Part shown: in pieces, positions 1 to 8,058 of the stretch
Layout: every line of letters begins with the position of its first letter
How positions within the stretch are numbered: the first letter of the stretch is position 1
Source of the DNA: Gemmatimonadota bacterium
Lineage (GTDB): Bacteria > Gemmatimonadota > Gemmatimonadetes > Gemmatimonadales > Gemmatimonadaceae
Assembly (NCBI GenBank): GCA_031372565.1
Contig: JANMLN010000187.1
Coordinates: 1 to 41,647, forward strand
DNA: 41,647 nt
Reading direction: 5' to 3'
Translations under genes and position numbers: made by a program
The notes under the pieces: model-generated
The model's database searches: none
The model's input: only the letters and a program-made list of their open reading frames with translations
Told to the model about the DNA's origin: nothing

Positions 1-47
1 TGATCGCGTAGACGCCCGATGGGGTCGTCGTGTTGCCTTAGGCCGCT

Positions 48-122
48 GGCGTCCTGAGCGCCGCGATGTACCTGCTTCTGCCCTTCGCCCACAAGCAGTT
101 CTTTCGCTGCGCTAAGGACGAC
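48..122. repeat. Degenerate inverted pair of REP-like ~30-bp repeats (consensus GTCGTCCTGAGCGCAGCGAAGGACCTGCTT)
   Basis: 48-77 (ggcgtcctgagcgccgcgatgtacctgctt) and the reverse complement of 93-122 (gtcgtccttagcgcagcgaaagaactgctt) resemble the copies at 13081-13181. The pair lies just past the glgA stop. Confidence 0.8.
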
Positions 123-124
123 TG

Positions 125-1573
125 CTAGCGGGACGCTGCCAGTCGCGCCGCCTTGGCGTAGAGCTGTTCGTACTGCTCCGCCGAGCGCTGCCAGTCGAAG
201 TCGCGCGCCATCGCCGCACGCATCCGCTTGGTCCAGGCGGCCTGATCGGCGTACCGGTTGAGGGCGCGGTCGATGGCCCAGTCGAGCGCTGCGCCGTGGA
301 AATCGTCGAACAGGAAGCCGGTCACGTCGTCGGCCACCGTGTCCGCGAGTCCGCCGACGCGCCGCACCACGGGGAGCGTCCCGTACCGCTGCGCGCGCAT
401 CTGCGTGAGCCCGCACGGTTCGTACTGGCTGGGCATGAGCAGCACGTCCGCGCCGGCGATCAGGCGATGCTCGAGCACGTCGGTGAACGCCAGTTGGACG
501 GCGAGGTTGCGCGGGCGCCGCGCGGCGAGTCGTGAGAGTGCCTGCTCGAAGCGCGGTTCGCCCGAGCCGAGGAAGATGAACTGGGCGTCGAGGGTATTGA
601 CGCGGTGGCTCCTGAGCACGATCTCGAGCCCCTTCTGGGTCACGAGGCGCGCCGCCATGGCGAAGATGGGCACCCGCTTGCGCTGGGGCAGCCCGAAGGT
701 GCGCTGGAGGGAGGCCTTGCAGCGCGCCTTGCCGTCGAGATCATCGCGGCCGTACGGGGCGGCAATGTGCGGGTCGAGCGCGGGATCCCAATCGTGCTGG
801 TCGATGCCGTTGGTGATGCCGCTGAACCGATCGCCCATCCAGCGGTAGACCTCCTGCAAGCCGAACCCGCCACCATCCGTGCGCAGTTCACGCGCGTGGT
901 TGGGCGAGACCGTCACCGCACAATCACAGAACGAGAGGCCCAGCTTGAGGAAGTTGAGCCGCCCGTACCACTCGCCCTGCCGATGATTGAACAGTTCCGG
1001 CGGGATCCCAAGCCGAGCGACCATCTCGGCCGGGAAGTGCCCCTGATAGCCGCCGTTGTGGATGGACATGACCATCGGCGTCCGCAGGAACTTGTCGCGG
1101 AAGATGCCGTAGCTGCGCGCATACGCGAACACGGGCGCGGTGTGCCAGTCGTGCGCGTGGATGATCACGTCGCCCTGGATCAGGCGCGGAATGGCCTCCA
1201 GGACCGCGAGCGAGAAGAGGGCGAACCGTTCCGCATTGTCGCCAAAGTCGCGACCGTTCTCGCCGTACAGTCCTCCGCGATTGAAGTAGTACGGGTGGTC
1301 GATGAACACCACGCGTGGGCCGGGGGCGGGCTTGACCTCGCGGAAGTAGCGCACCTCCTCCACGGAGGGCCCGAGGTGCACCGGGTACGTGCGACCCAGC
1401 GGCGCGAGATCCGGCGCCCGTTCCCGCACGGACCGATAGAGCGGGCAGAAGACGACCACGTTGTGGCCGGCGCGGGCCTGCGTGTTGGCCAGCCCCGCGA
1501 CCGCTTCCGCCAGCCCGCCGGTGCGTGCGAAGGGGAAGTACTCAGCCGACAGGTGGACGATCGTGGGCGGCAT
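125..1573 (-). CDS. glgA: Glycogen/starch synthase (GT5)
   Basis: Motifs AEYFPFARTGGLAE, HAHDWH, HNGGYQG, GITNGID, RLVTQKG and PSQYEPCGLTQM. Start placed at ATG 1573; GTG 1585 is an alternative. Confidence 0.95.
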   Translation of the reverse strand: MPPTIVHLSAEYFPFARTGGLAEAVAGLANTQARAGHNVVVFCPLYRSVRERAPDLAPLGRTYPVHLGPSVEEVRYFREVKPAPGPRVVFIDHPYYFNRGGLYGENGRDFGDNAERFALFSLAVLEAIPRLIQGDVIIHAHDWHTAPVFAYARSYGIFRDKFLRTPMVMSIHNGGYQGHFPAEMVARLGIPPELFNHRQGEWYGRLNFLKLGLSFCDCAVTVSPNHARELRTDGGGFGLQEVYRWMGDRFSGITNGIDQHDWDPALDPHIAAPYGRDDLDGKARCKASLQRTFGLPQRKRVPIFAMAARLVTQKGLEIVLRSHRVNTLDAQFIFLGSGEPRFEQALSRLAARRPRNLAVQLAFTDVLEHRLIAGADVLLMPSQYEPCGLTQMRAQRYGTLPVVRRVGGLADTVADDVTGFLFDDFHGAALDWAIDRALNRYADQAAWTKRMRAAMARDFDWQRSAEQYEQLYAKAARLAASR

Positions 1574-1632
1574 GAGGCGGGGCACGCGCGTGGGCGTGCG
1601 ATCAGGTGCGGTCCGTCGAGCGGGGACGTGCC

Positions 1633-3186
1633 CTATCTACGTGCCGGGGCAGAAGGCGGCAAGGTGCGCGGCAGCAGCCACCGCACCGCGTCAGGCAGCG
1701 CCGCGCTGACCACCGTGGTGTGCCCGAGTTGCGGGAGCACGCGCGCCTCGACGTTCACGCCGCCCGCTTTCGCCTGCTCGGCCAGCGGCATCAGCCGCAC
1801 CGGGGCCGCAATCGGGTCGAGTTCGCCCAACACGGCCAGCACCGGTGGCATGGGGACGTCGGCGGTCATGCGTCCCAGCCCCGCGATGGCCACCACGCCC
1901 GCGATCTGGTTCGCGCGTGCGCGTGCCAGGGCCAGCGCCTGACCCGCACCGCGCGAATGCCCGACGACCCAGATGCGCTGCTTGTCGATCGGCGCCTGCA
2001 GCGACATCTGCTCGATCAGCCGGTCGAAGTCCTCCGGCGTCGTGAACTGGTCGCCGTTCGGAATCGCCACCACGATGCCATGCTGGTCGGCGAGCTCGAT
2101 CAGGCGGCCCGCGCCCAGCGCATCGGGAAACATGTTCTCGTCGCCGCCGACACCATGAATCGCGATCAGCAGCGGTGCCGCCGCCTTCCCCCGCGCGACC
2201 GCGACGGGCACATGGGTGCGGAGCGGGATGAGGCGCGACGCGGTTCGGAGCACGCGCCAGAGGGACCCGGATCGGTTGGCGTACGGGTCGGCACCGGACA
2301 TGAGCTGCTGCAACTCGAGCTCGAGGGCTGGCGCGAGTGTCACCGGATTGGTCCGCCATTGCGTCGTGTTCGCCTGCGATGGGCGGGTGGTCAGGAGGCG
2401 CACCCGCGCCTTGAACGACGCGATCGCATCGAACAGTTCCGGCGGCACGATCGTGTCGAGCGGCGTCGCGCGGCGCGCGAGCTCTTCGCGCTTGCTGTCG
2501 AGATCATCGTCCGTCACGAACCACTCGCTCGACGGCATGACGGTGGCGGCCGGTGCGGGCGGCTCAGCCTCTCCCGTGCGTGCGACGGAGACCACCACGC
2601 GATAGCGCCCCTTGGGTGGGTTCGCGGCGGCGGTGGGGAGCGGAACATCGATGGGAGCGCCGAGTGGCGCGTCGGACGGCACGCGCACCGTGGCAGAGGC
2701 CAGCACGCGGCCTGCGTCGCTCAGCACCCGCACGCCGAACAGCGTGCCCGTGCTCGCGGCGGAGTCCGCGGTTCGGTAGAGCGGCACCAGGCGGAGCGTG
2801 ACCGGGCCACCCAAGGTCCGTCGGTAGACGTGGGGCTCCACCGTGGCGCGCACCGTGAATGGGGTGCTGGTCCCAGGCACGACGGTGGCGTCCAGCAGCC
2901 CCGCGGTGATCGCGTGGATCCCGCGGACCGACTCGGCATTGCGGCCGGCGAAGAAGGCGAGCGTCGATTGATCGAACTGCTGACTGATGGGGCCCACGCG
3001 GTCGGCCGCGGGTGGCCGCTCGGTCCAGGCCCGATCGAACACGAGATACGCCAACGCCAGATCGGCGCGCGTCACGGTGGCTTGTGGTGAGGCGCTCGAG
3101 GCGGCGGGGAGTTGCGCGCCCGCCGGCACGCTCAGCGCGAGCAGCAGCAGGGCCGTGGTGGTCAACATGCGAGGGCGAAGCGTCAT
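1633..3186 (-). CDS. Secreted alpha/beta-hydrolase (esterase/peptidase-like C-terminal domain)
   Basis: Signal peptide (TALLLLALSVPAGA), IAIHGVGG oxyanion motif, GHSRG nucleophile elbow, GELDP (Asp) and LGHT (His). ATG 3186 is preceded by TAGCTT plus 7 nt. Confidence 0.8.
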   Translation of the reverse strand: MTLRPRMLTTTALLLLALSVPAGAQLPAASSASPQATVTRADLALAYLVFDRAWTERPPAADRVGPISQQFDQSTLAFFAGRNAESVRGIHAITAGLLDATVVPGTSTPFTVRATVEPHVYRRTLGGPVTLRLVPLYRTADSAASTGTLFGVRVLSDAGRVLASATVRVPSDAPLGAPIDVPLPTAAANPPKGRYRVVVSVARTGEAEPPAPAATVMPSSEWFVTDDDLDSKREELARRATPLDTIVPPELFDAIASFKARVRLLTTRPSQANTTQWRTNPVTLAPALELELQQLMSGADPYANRSGSLWRVLRTASRLIPLRTHVPVAVARGKAAAPLLIAIHGVGGDENMFPDALGAGRLIELADQHGIVVAIPNGDQFTTPEDFDRLIEQMSLQAPIDKQRIWVVGHSRGAGQALALARARANQIAGVVAIAGLGRMTADVPMPPVLAVLGELDPIAAPVRLMPLAEQAKAGGVNVEARVLPQLGHTTVVSAALPDAVRWLLPRTLPPSAPARR

Positions 3187-3274
3187 GCGTGCGAAGCTAC
3201 GTGGTCTCGCGGCACGCAGCCACGGCACCGCCCGGCGAGGCGGCGGGTAACCTCCCCCCCGCGAGCTGTCGCGC

Positions 3275-4495
3275 TCAGCTGGGCGGCAGCGCCGCGACCT
3301 TGCCGATGAACAGGATGGCGCCGGAGAGCCGCTCGCGAATCGCAAAGACGAACGCCCGGTCGACCGCGAGCGAGGTGGGCGGCGCGGATGTCACGCCCAC
3401 GCCGACGCTGGTCACGGCCGCCGCTTCGGTGCCTTGCTCGTCCACCCTGATCCAGCTCTTCTGTCGGACCTTGGTGATGGCGAGCGGCAACGGGGCGATG
3501 CCTGAGAAGTCGGCACGATCAGAGAAGGCGATTCCCATGCCCAACTGCGCGAGCGCTGTGTTGAGCACGCCATCGTCGGCCAACTCGAACCGCGGGATCA
3601 GGACATCACCGCGCCCACTGTTCGTGAGGGCGGTGGCCGCGGCCCATGACGCGGGCGACATCGACGCGGCCAGCTGATCAACCGTCGTCCCGGGGTCCGG
3701 CAGCAGGAAGAGCATGCCATAGGCGCCATTCCCGTACGCCAACTCGCCGCCGTGGAAGTTCGCGCCGCCGAAGAGCCGGACCTCGCCCGTGCGCGACATC
3801 ATGCGGGTCCGCACCGAGTCGCCGCCGGCGTTGCGAAACCACGACGACACGGTACGCGCCGGGTCGAACTTCTCGCGCCAACTCCCCTTGAACCAGAGCG
3901 CATTGATCAGGAACATCACTTCGCCCGGATCGATCCGGTCGATGATCGACGTGATCCGCTGCTGCGTCGCGTCCCGGACCCACGCGTTGATGGTCGGTGG
4001 CGCCGACGCGCTCGCGAAATCGAGATTCTGGACGCGGGCGCCGAAGTAGCGCTGGTTGGTGCTGACGAACGGCGCGAGCACCGGAAGGTGTTGGTCGATC
4101 CAGATGGAGTTGGCGCTCGTCAACGCCACCTGCGGGTCGAGCGACGGCAGCAGCGTGGCGAGCCCCCGGTACGCCTCGTTGATCTCCTCCTCAGAGCGGG
4201 TGCCCCACCCGAGCACGGCCCGCATCGAGTCGCGCGTGACGCCGGCCGCGCCGTTGAGCGCCATCCCGAGTGCGAACGACGCGCTCAATGGGGAGACCAT
4301 CACGTTCTCCCCGGGTCGTGCCTGGCTCAGCGACCTGAACAGACCGAGCCCGAACGTGGTGCTACCCGCGAGCGCGTCCTGTTCTGCCGCGGTGAGCGCG
4401 CGCGGCAACTGGGTCAGCGGCGCCGGCGGTCCGACGGGCGCATTGGGGTCCGAGCAGGCGGCGAGCAATGCGATCAGCACCAGCAGCGGGCGCAT
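3275..4495 (-). CDS. Serpin family lipoprotein
   Basis: Motifs NVMVSPLS, INAWVRDAT, LINALWFKGSW, hinge EQGTEAAAVT and DRAFVFAIRE. Lipobox LAAC; GGAG RBS upstream of ATG 4495. Confidence 0.95.
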   Translation of the reverse strand: MRPLLVLIALLAACSDPNAPVGPPAPLTQLPRALTAAEQDALAGSTTFGLGLFRSLSQARPGENVMVSPLSASFALGMALNGAAGVTRDSMRAVLGWGTRSEEEINEAYRGLATLLPSLDPQVALTSANSIWIDQHLPVLAPFVSTNQRYFGARVQNLDFASASAPPTINAWVRDATQQRITSIIDRIDPGEVMFLINALWFKGSWREKFDPARTVSSWFRNAGGDSVRTRMMSRTGEVRLFGGANFHGGELAYGNGAYGMLFLLPDPGTTVDQLAASMSPASWAAATALTNSGRGDVLIPRFELADDGVLNTALAQLGMGIAFSDRADFSGIAPLPLAITKVRQKSWIRVDEQGTEAAAVTSVGVGVTSAPPTSLAVDRAFVFAIRERLSGAILFIGKVAALPPS

Positions 4496-4596
4496 GCGAG
4501 TTGGCTCCATCCACGGGGAAGACGTCACGGCGCGGTAACCTGCTGTACCTCCCGAGCGGCTGGCGCGTCACCAGACAGCCACTCACCTTGCAGAAC

Positions 4597-5784
4597 ATGA
4601 CCCTCGCGACCGATCCCCTGCGCGCGCTTGAAGCCCATGACCGCGGCAGGGACGCCACGCTGCTGGCGCGCAAGCACGACCGGATGCGCGCGTCGCCGTT
4701 TGCCTTCCTGCGCGGCAGTTGCCGGTTGTTCTACGAGCAGCTGCCGCCCGGCGGCGGCCGCGAGCCGCTGGTGTGGGGGTGCGGCGATCTCCATCTCGAG
4801 AACTTTGGGAGCTACAAGGGCGACAATCGGCTGTCGTACTTCGATCTCAACGATTTCGACGATGCGGCCCGTTTCCCGGCGACCGCCGAGCTGGTGCGCA
4901 TGGTCGCGAGCATCCTCCTCGCCGCCGACGACATTGGACTGACGGCCAAGGATGGCGTCGGCCTCGCGCGTGACTTCCTCGAGGCGCATCGCCAGGCGCT
5001 GGTACTGGGACACGCCCGCTGGATCGAGCGTGACACCTCCACCGGCATCGTGCGCGCCCTGCTCGATCAGGCACGGCTGCGCACCCGCAAGGCGCTCCTG
5101 GCCAAGCGCACGACGGGGCGTGGGGCACAGCGCCGAATCCTGCTCGACGGCGAGCGCCAGATCGGGCTCGAGCCCACCGTCCGCAAGCGCGTCATGCGCG
5201 CGCTCGCCGACCACTTTGCCGTGCATGCCGAATGGGGTGGGCTCCGGGTCCTCGACGCGGCGCACCGCATCGCGGGCGTCGGATCGCTGGGGGTGGCGCG
5301 CTACGTCGCCCTCGTGCGCCCACGCACCACGCAGAAGACGCTGTTGCTCGACCTCAAGGAAGTCGAGCCGTCGGATGCGGCAGTCAAAGGGGAACGACGC
5401 CCGCGCTTCACCTCCGAAGTCGAGCGCGTCATCACGCTGCAGGCCCGGTTGCAGGCCGTGCCGCCCGCGTTGCTGCGCGGGCTCACCATCGGCGACACGG
5501 GCTTCGTGATGCGCGAACTCCAGCCCAGCGCCGACCGGGTGGAACTCGCCGCGTGGCGCGACCAACCCGCGGCGCTCGCCGCGCTGATGGGCACGCTGGG
5601 ACAGGTGGTGGCGTGGGCGCGGCTGCGCGGCAGCGGCCGCGGCGGCGCCGACATCGCGGATTACCTCACCGCGTGGGCCAGCGGTCCGGGGTGGGTCAGC
5701 GAAACGCTGGCGCGCGGGAAGCAGGCGGCCGCGCAGACGCGCGAGCAGTGGAAAGCGTTCGACAAGGCGCTCGCGTCGCGCTGA
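4597..5784 (+). CDS. DUF2252 family protein (kinase-like fold)
   Basis: Motifs RMRASPFAFLRGS, CGDLHLENFG, FDLNDFDDA, GVGSLG and LLLDLKE. Confidence 0.9.
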   Translation: MTLATDPLRALEAHDRGRDATLLARKHDRMRASPFAFLRGSCRLFYEQLPPGGGREPLVWGCGDLHLENFGSYKGDNRLSYFDLNDFDDAARFPATAELVRMVASILLAADDIGLTAKDGVGLARDFLEAHRQALVLGHARWIERDTSTGIVRALLDQARLRTRKALLAKRTTGRGAQRRILLDGERQIGLEPTVRKRVMRALADHFAVHAEWGGLRVLDAAHRIAGVGSLGVARYVALVRPRTTQKTLLLDLKEVEPSDAAVKGERRPRFTSEVERVITLQARLQAVPPALLRGLTIGDTGFVMRELQPSADRVELAAWRDQPAALAALMGTLGQVVAWARLRGSGRGGADIADYLTAWASGPGWVSETLARGKQAAAQTREQWKAFDKALASR

Positions 5785-5802
5785 TTCCGCGCACGGTGCC
5801 GT

Positions 5803-7248
5803 TCAGGCCACCGGGACCGTCGCGCCACCCTCGGCCGGCAGTACCGCCCCCACCCAGGCGTCGAAGCCGCCCACCAGGTTGCGAAGGTTGGTCCATCCGT
5901 TGGCTTCGAGCACGCTCACTGCCACCGTCGAGCGCGAACCGCTGCGACAGTGAACGATGACGGGCCGATCGCGTGGCACCTCGGCCAGGCGCGCCGTCAA
6001 CTCGGGGAGCGGCAGCAGCATCGCGCCCGCGATGTGACCCTCGGCCCACTCGGACGCCTTGCGCACGTCGACGAGCAACGCCGCGCCCGCAGCAACCTCG
6101 CGCGCGGCATCGGCCGGTTGCACCGACTTGAGCGGGGCGAGCGGTCGGCCCCCCTTCACCCACGCCTCGAGCGCATCGGCGCCGAACGCGCCCACCACGT
6201 GATCATATCCGATGCAGGCCAGATCATGGGCGGCATCGGCCACCACCGCGCTGCGCGCGTCGTCGGCGATCAGGTACACCGCCGCACCGAACGGCACCAC
6301 GGAGCCGACGTACGTGGAGAAGCTCTTGCTGAAGGGGATGCCCAGGCTCCCCGGCACGTGATGCGCCGCGAAGGCCGCACCGCGTCGCAGGTCGACCACG
6401 GCCGCCCCACTGGCAATCGCCTCGGACAGCGCGAATGGCGGCAGCACGGCGGGCACGGGCATGGCGTCCAGCGGAGGCGGGCCGTCACGGTTGAGGCGCT
6501 TCATGTCCGCGAAGTAGGCGGGCGGCTCGGGTTGCCCTGCAAGCACATCGGCGACGAACGCCTCCTCGCTTGCCGCGGTCAACCCCCAGTTCACCATGCG
6601 CTCGTAGCCGAGCGTGGTGCTTGGGACGGCGCCAAGCGCCTTGCCGCAGGCCGATCCCGCGCCGTGCCCGGGCCAGAGCTGCAGATAGTCGGGCAGTTGC
6701 TTGATGCGCTGCAACGACGCGTAGAGGACGCGGGCGCCCGCTTCCATCGTGCCGGCGATGTGCGCGGCACGCTCGAGCAGGTCGGGACGACCCACGTCGC
6801 CCACGAACACGAAGTCTCCCGTGAAGATCCCGATCGGGCGATCGGACGCAGGCAGGTCGGTGAGCAGGAAGCTCACGTGCTCGGGGGTGTGCCCGGGGGT
6901 GTGCAACACCTCGAACTTGAGGTTGCCCACCGTGAAGTGGTCGCCATCCTTGATGAGCGTGACATTCGCCTCGTCGCGAAAGGCATAACGCCAGCCGTCG
7001 CCCCCTTCGTCTGAAAGGAGCAGTCGAGCCCCCGCGCGGCGCGCGAGATCACGAGCGCCACTCAGGAAGTCGGCGTGGATATGCGTTTCGGTGACGTGCG
7101 TGATGCGCATGCCCTCCGCGCTCGCCGCCGCGAGGACGGCCGTCGTGTCGCGGCTCGGATCGATGACGCAGGCGGTGCCGGTCGCCTGACAGCCGACCAA
7201 CCAGGCGGCCTGGGCAAGGGATTCGTCGAAGAGGCGCTTGATGAGCAT
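5803..7248 (-). CDS. MBL-fold metallo-hydrolase with two rhodanese domains (persulfide dioxygenase/sulfurtransferase-like)
   Basis: Motifs ETHIHADF, HTPGHTPEH, FTGDFVFVGDVGRPDL and PGHGAGSACGK; C-terminal rhodanese active-site loop HCRSGSRS. Confidence 0.92.
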   Translation of the reverse strand: MLIKRLFDESLAQAAWLVGCQATGTACVIDPSRDTTAVLAAASAEGMRITHVTETHIHADFLSGARDLARRAGARLLLSDEGGDGWRYAFRDEANVTLIKDGDHFTVGNLKFEVLHTPGHTPEHVSFLLTDLPASDRPIGIFTGDFVFVGDVGRPDLLERAAHIAGTMEAGARVLYASLQRIKQLPDYLQLWPGHGAGSACGKALGAVPSTTLGYERMVNWGLTAASEEAFVADVLAGQPEPPAYFADMKRLNRDGPPPLDAMPVPAVLPPFALSEAIASGAAVVDLRRGAAFAAHHVPGSLGIPFSKSFSTYVGSVVPFGAAVYLIADDARSAVVADAAHDLACIGYDHVVGAFGADALEAWVKGGRPLAPLKSVQPADAAREVAAGAALLVDVRKASEWAEGHIAGAMLLPLPELTARLAEVPRDRPVIVHCRSGSRSTVAVSVLEANGWTNLRNLVGGFDAWVGAVLPAEGGATVPVA

Positions 7249-7263
7249 GGAAGGATTCTCGCG

Positions 7264-8037
7264 TCAGTGACCGGTGAATACGCCGCGGTTCTGGAACAGA
7301 ATGAGGCCGGAGACGGCCAGAAGGAAGAAGGCAAACCCCCGCTTGAGTCGCCCGATCGGCACGCGAACCGCGAGCCTTGCGCCCACGAGGATGCCGACGA
7401 TGGAGATTGCCGTGAAGGCGATGATGGCGATCCAATCGAAGGTGACATGGCCCAGGTAGCCCGCGAACCCCGACACCGCGTTCATCGTGATGATCGCGAG
7501 CGAGGTGCCGATGGCCGCCCGCATGGGAACACCGCCGAGCACCACGAGCGCGGGCACGATCAGGAAGCCGCCGCCGACGCCCACAACCCCCGTGACCACC
7601 CCCACCCCGACGCCTGCCAGCGCCACGAGCGGCAGCGACCGCTGCCCGGTCGAGTCCGCTGCCGCGCCTTGGGCGGCGCTTCGCAGCATGGAGACCGCCG
7701 CGAGCGTCATCGCCGAGCCGAGCAACAGGAGCTGCACGCGGCCGTCGAGCAGGGAGGAGAGGCGGGCACCGACGAACGAACCGAGCATTGCGACCGCACC
7801 GAAGGCAAGCGCGATGCGCCACTGCACGTTGCCCGCGCGCCAATGACCGATGGCGCCGACGAGGCTCGCGCACCCCACGATGGGCAGCGACATGGCGATG
7901 GCTTGCTTGGCGGGATAGCCGAGCAGGTAGACGAAGACCGGGACGGTGAGCACGGAGCCGCCTCCGCCGATGAGCCCCAGAATCAGGCCCGTCACCATCG
8001 CCGCCAGGGCAGCCAACGCGAGCGTGGACGTCGCCAT
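7264..8037 (-). CDS. Sulfite exporter TauE/SafE family membrane protein
   Basis: Repeated [13 protein letters not shown] / [19 protein letters not shown], multiple TM helices. True start is ATG 8037; the rest of the 888-aa track ORF is shadow. Confidence 0.93.
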   Translation of the reverse strand: MATSTLALAALAAMVTGLILGLIGGGGSVLTVPVFVYLLGYPAKQAIAMSLPIVGCASLVGAIGHWRAGNVQWRIALAFGAVAMLGSFVGARLSSLLDGRVQLLLLGSAMTLAAVSMLRSAAQGAAADSTGQRSLPLVALAGVGVGVVTGVVGVGGGFLIVPALVVLGGVPMRAAIGTSLAIITMNAVSGFAGYLGHVTFDWIAIIAFTAISIVGILVGARLAVRVPIGRLKRGFAFFLLAVSGLILFQNRGVFTGH

Positions 8038-8058
8038 GCACTCAACGTAACATCCGGC
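8038..8058. promoter_or_regulatory. Putative overlapping divergent -10 elements (leaderless, bidirectional promoter)
   Basis: + strand TAACAT 8048-8053 lies 5 nt before GTG 8059. - strand TACGTT (8049-8044) lies 6 nt before ATG 8037. No Shine-Dalgarno on either side. Confidence 0.55.

Noticed and set aside
1..47. 3' end of an upstream gene
   Set aside because: Too short to assign a frame or product.
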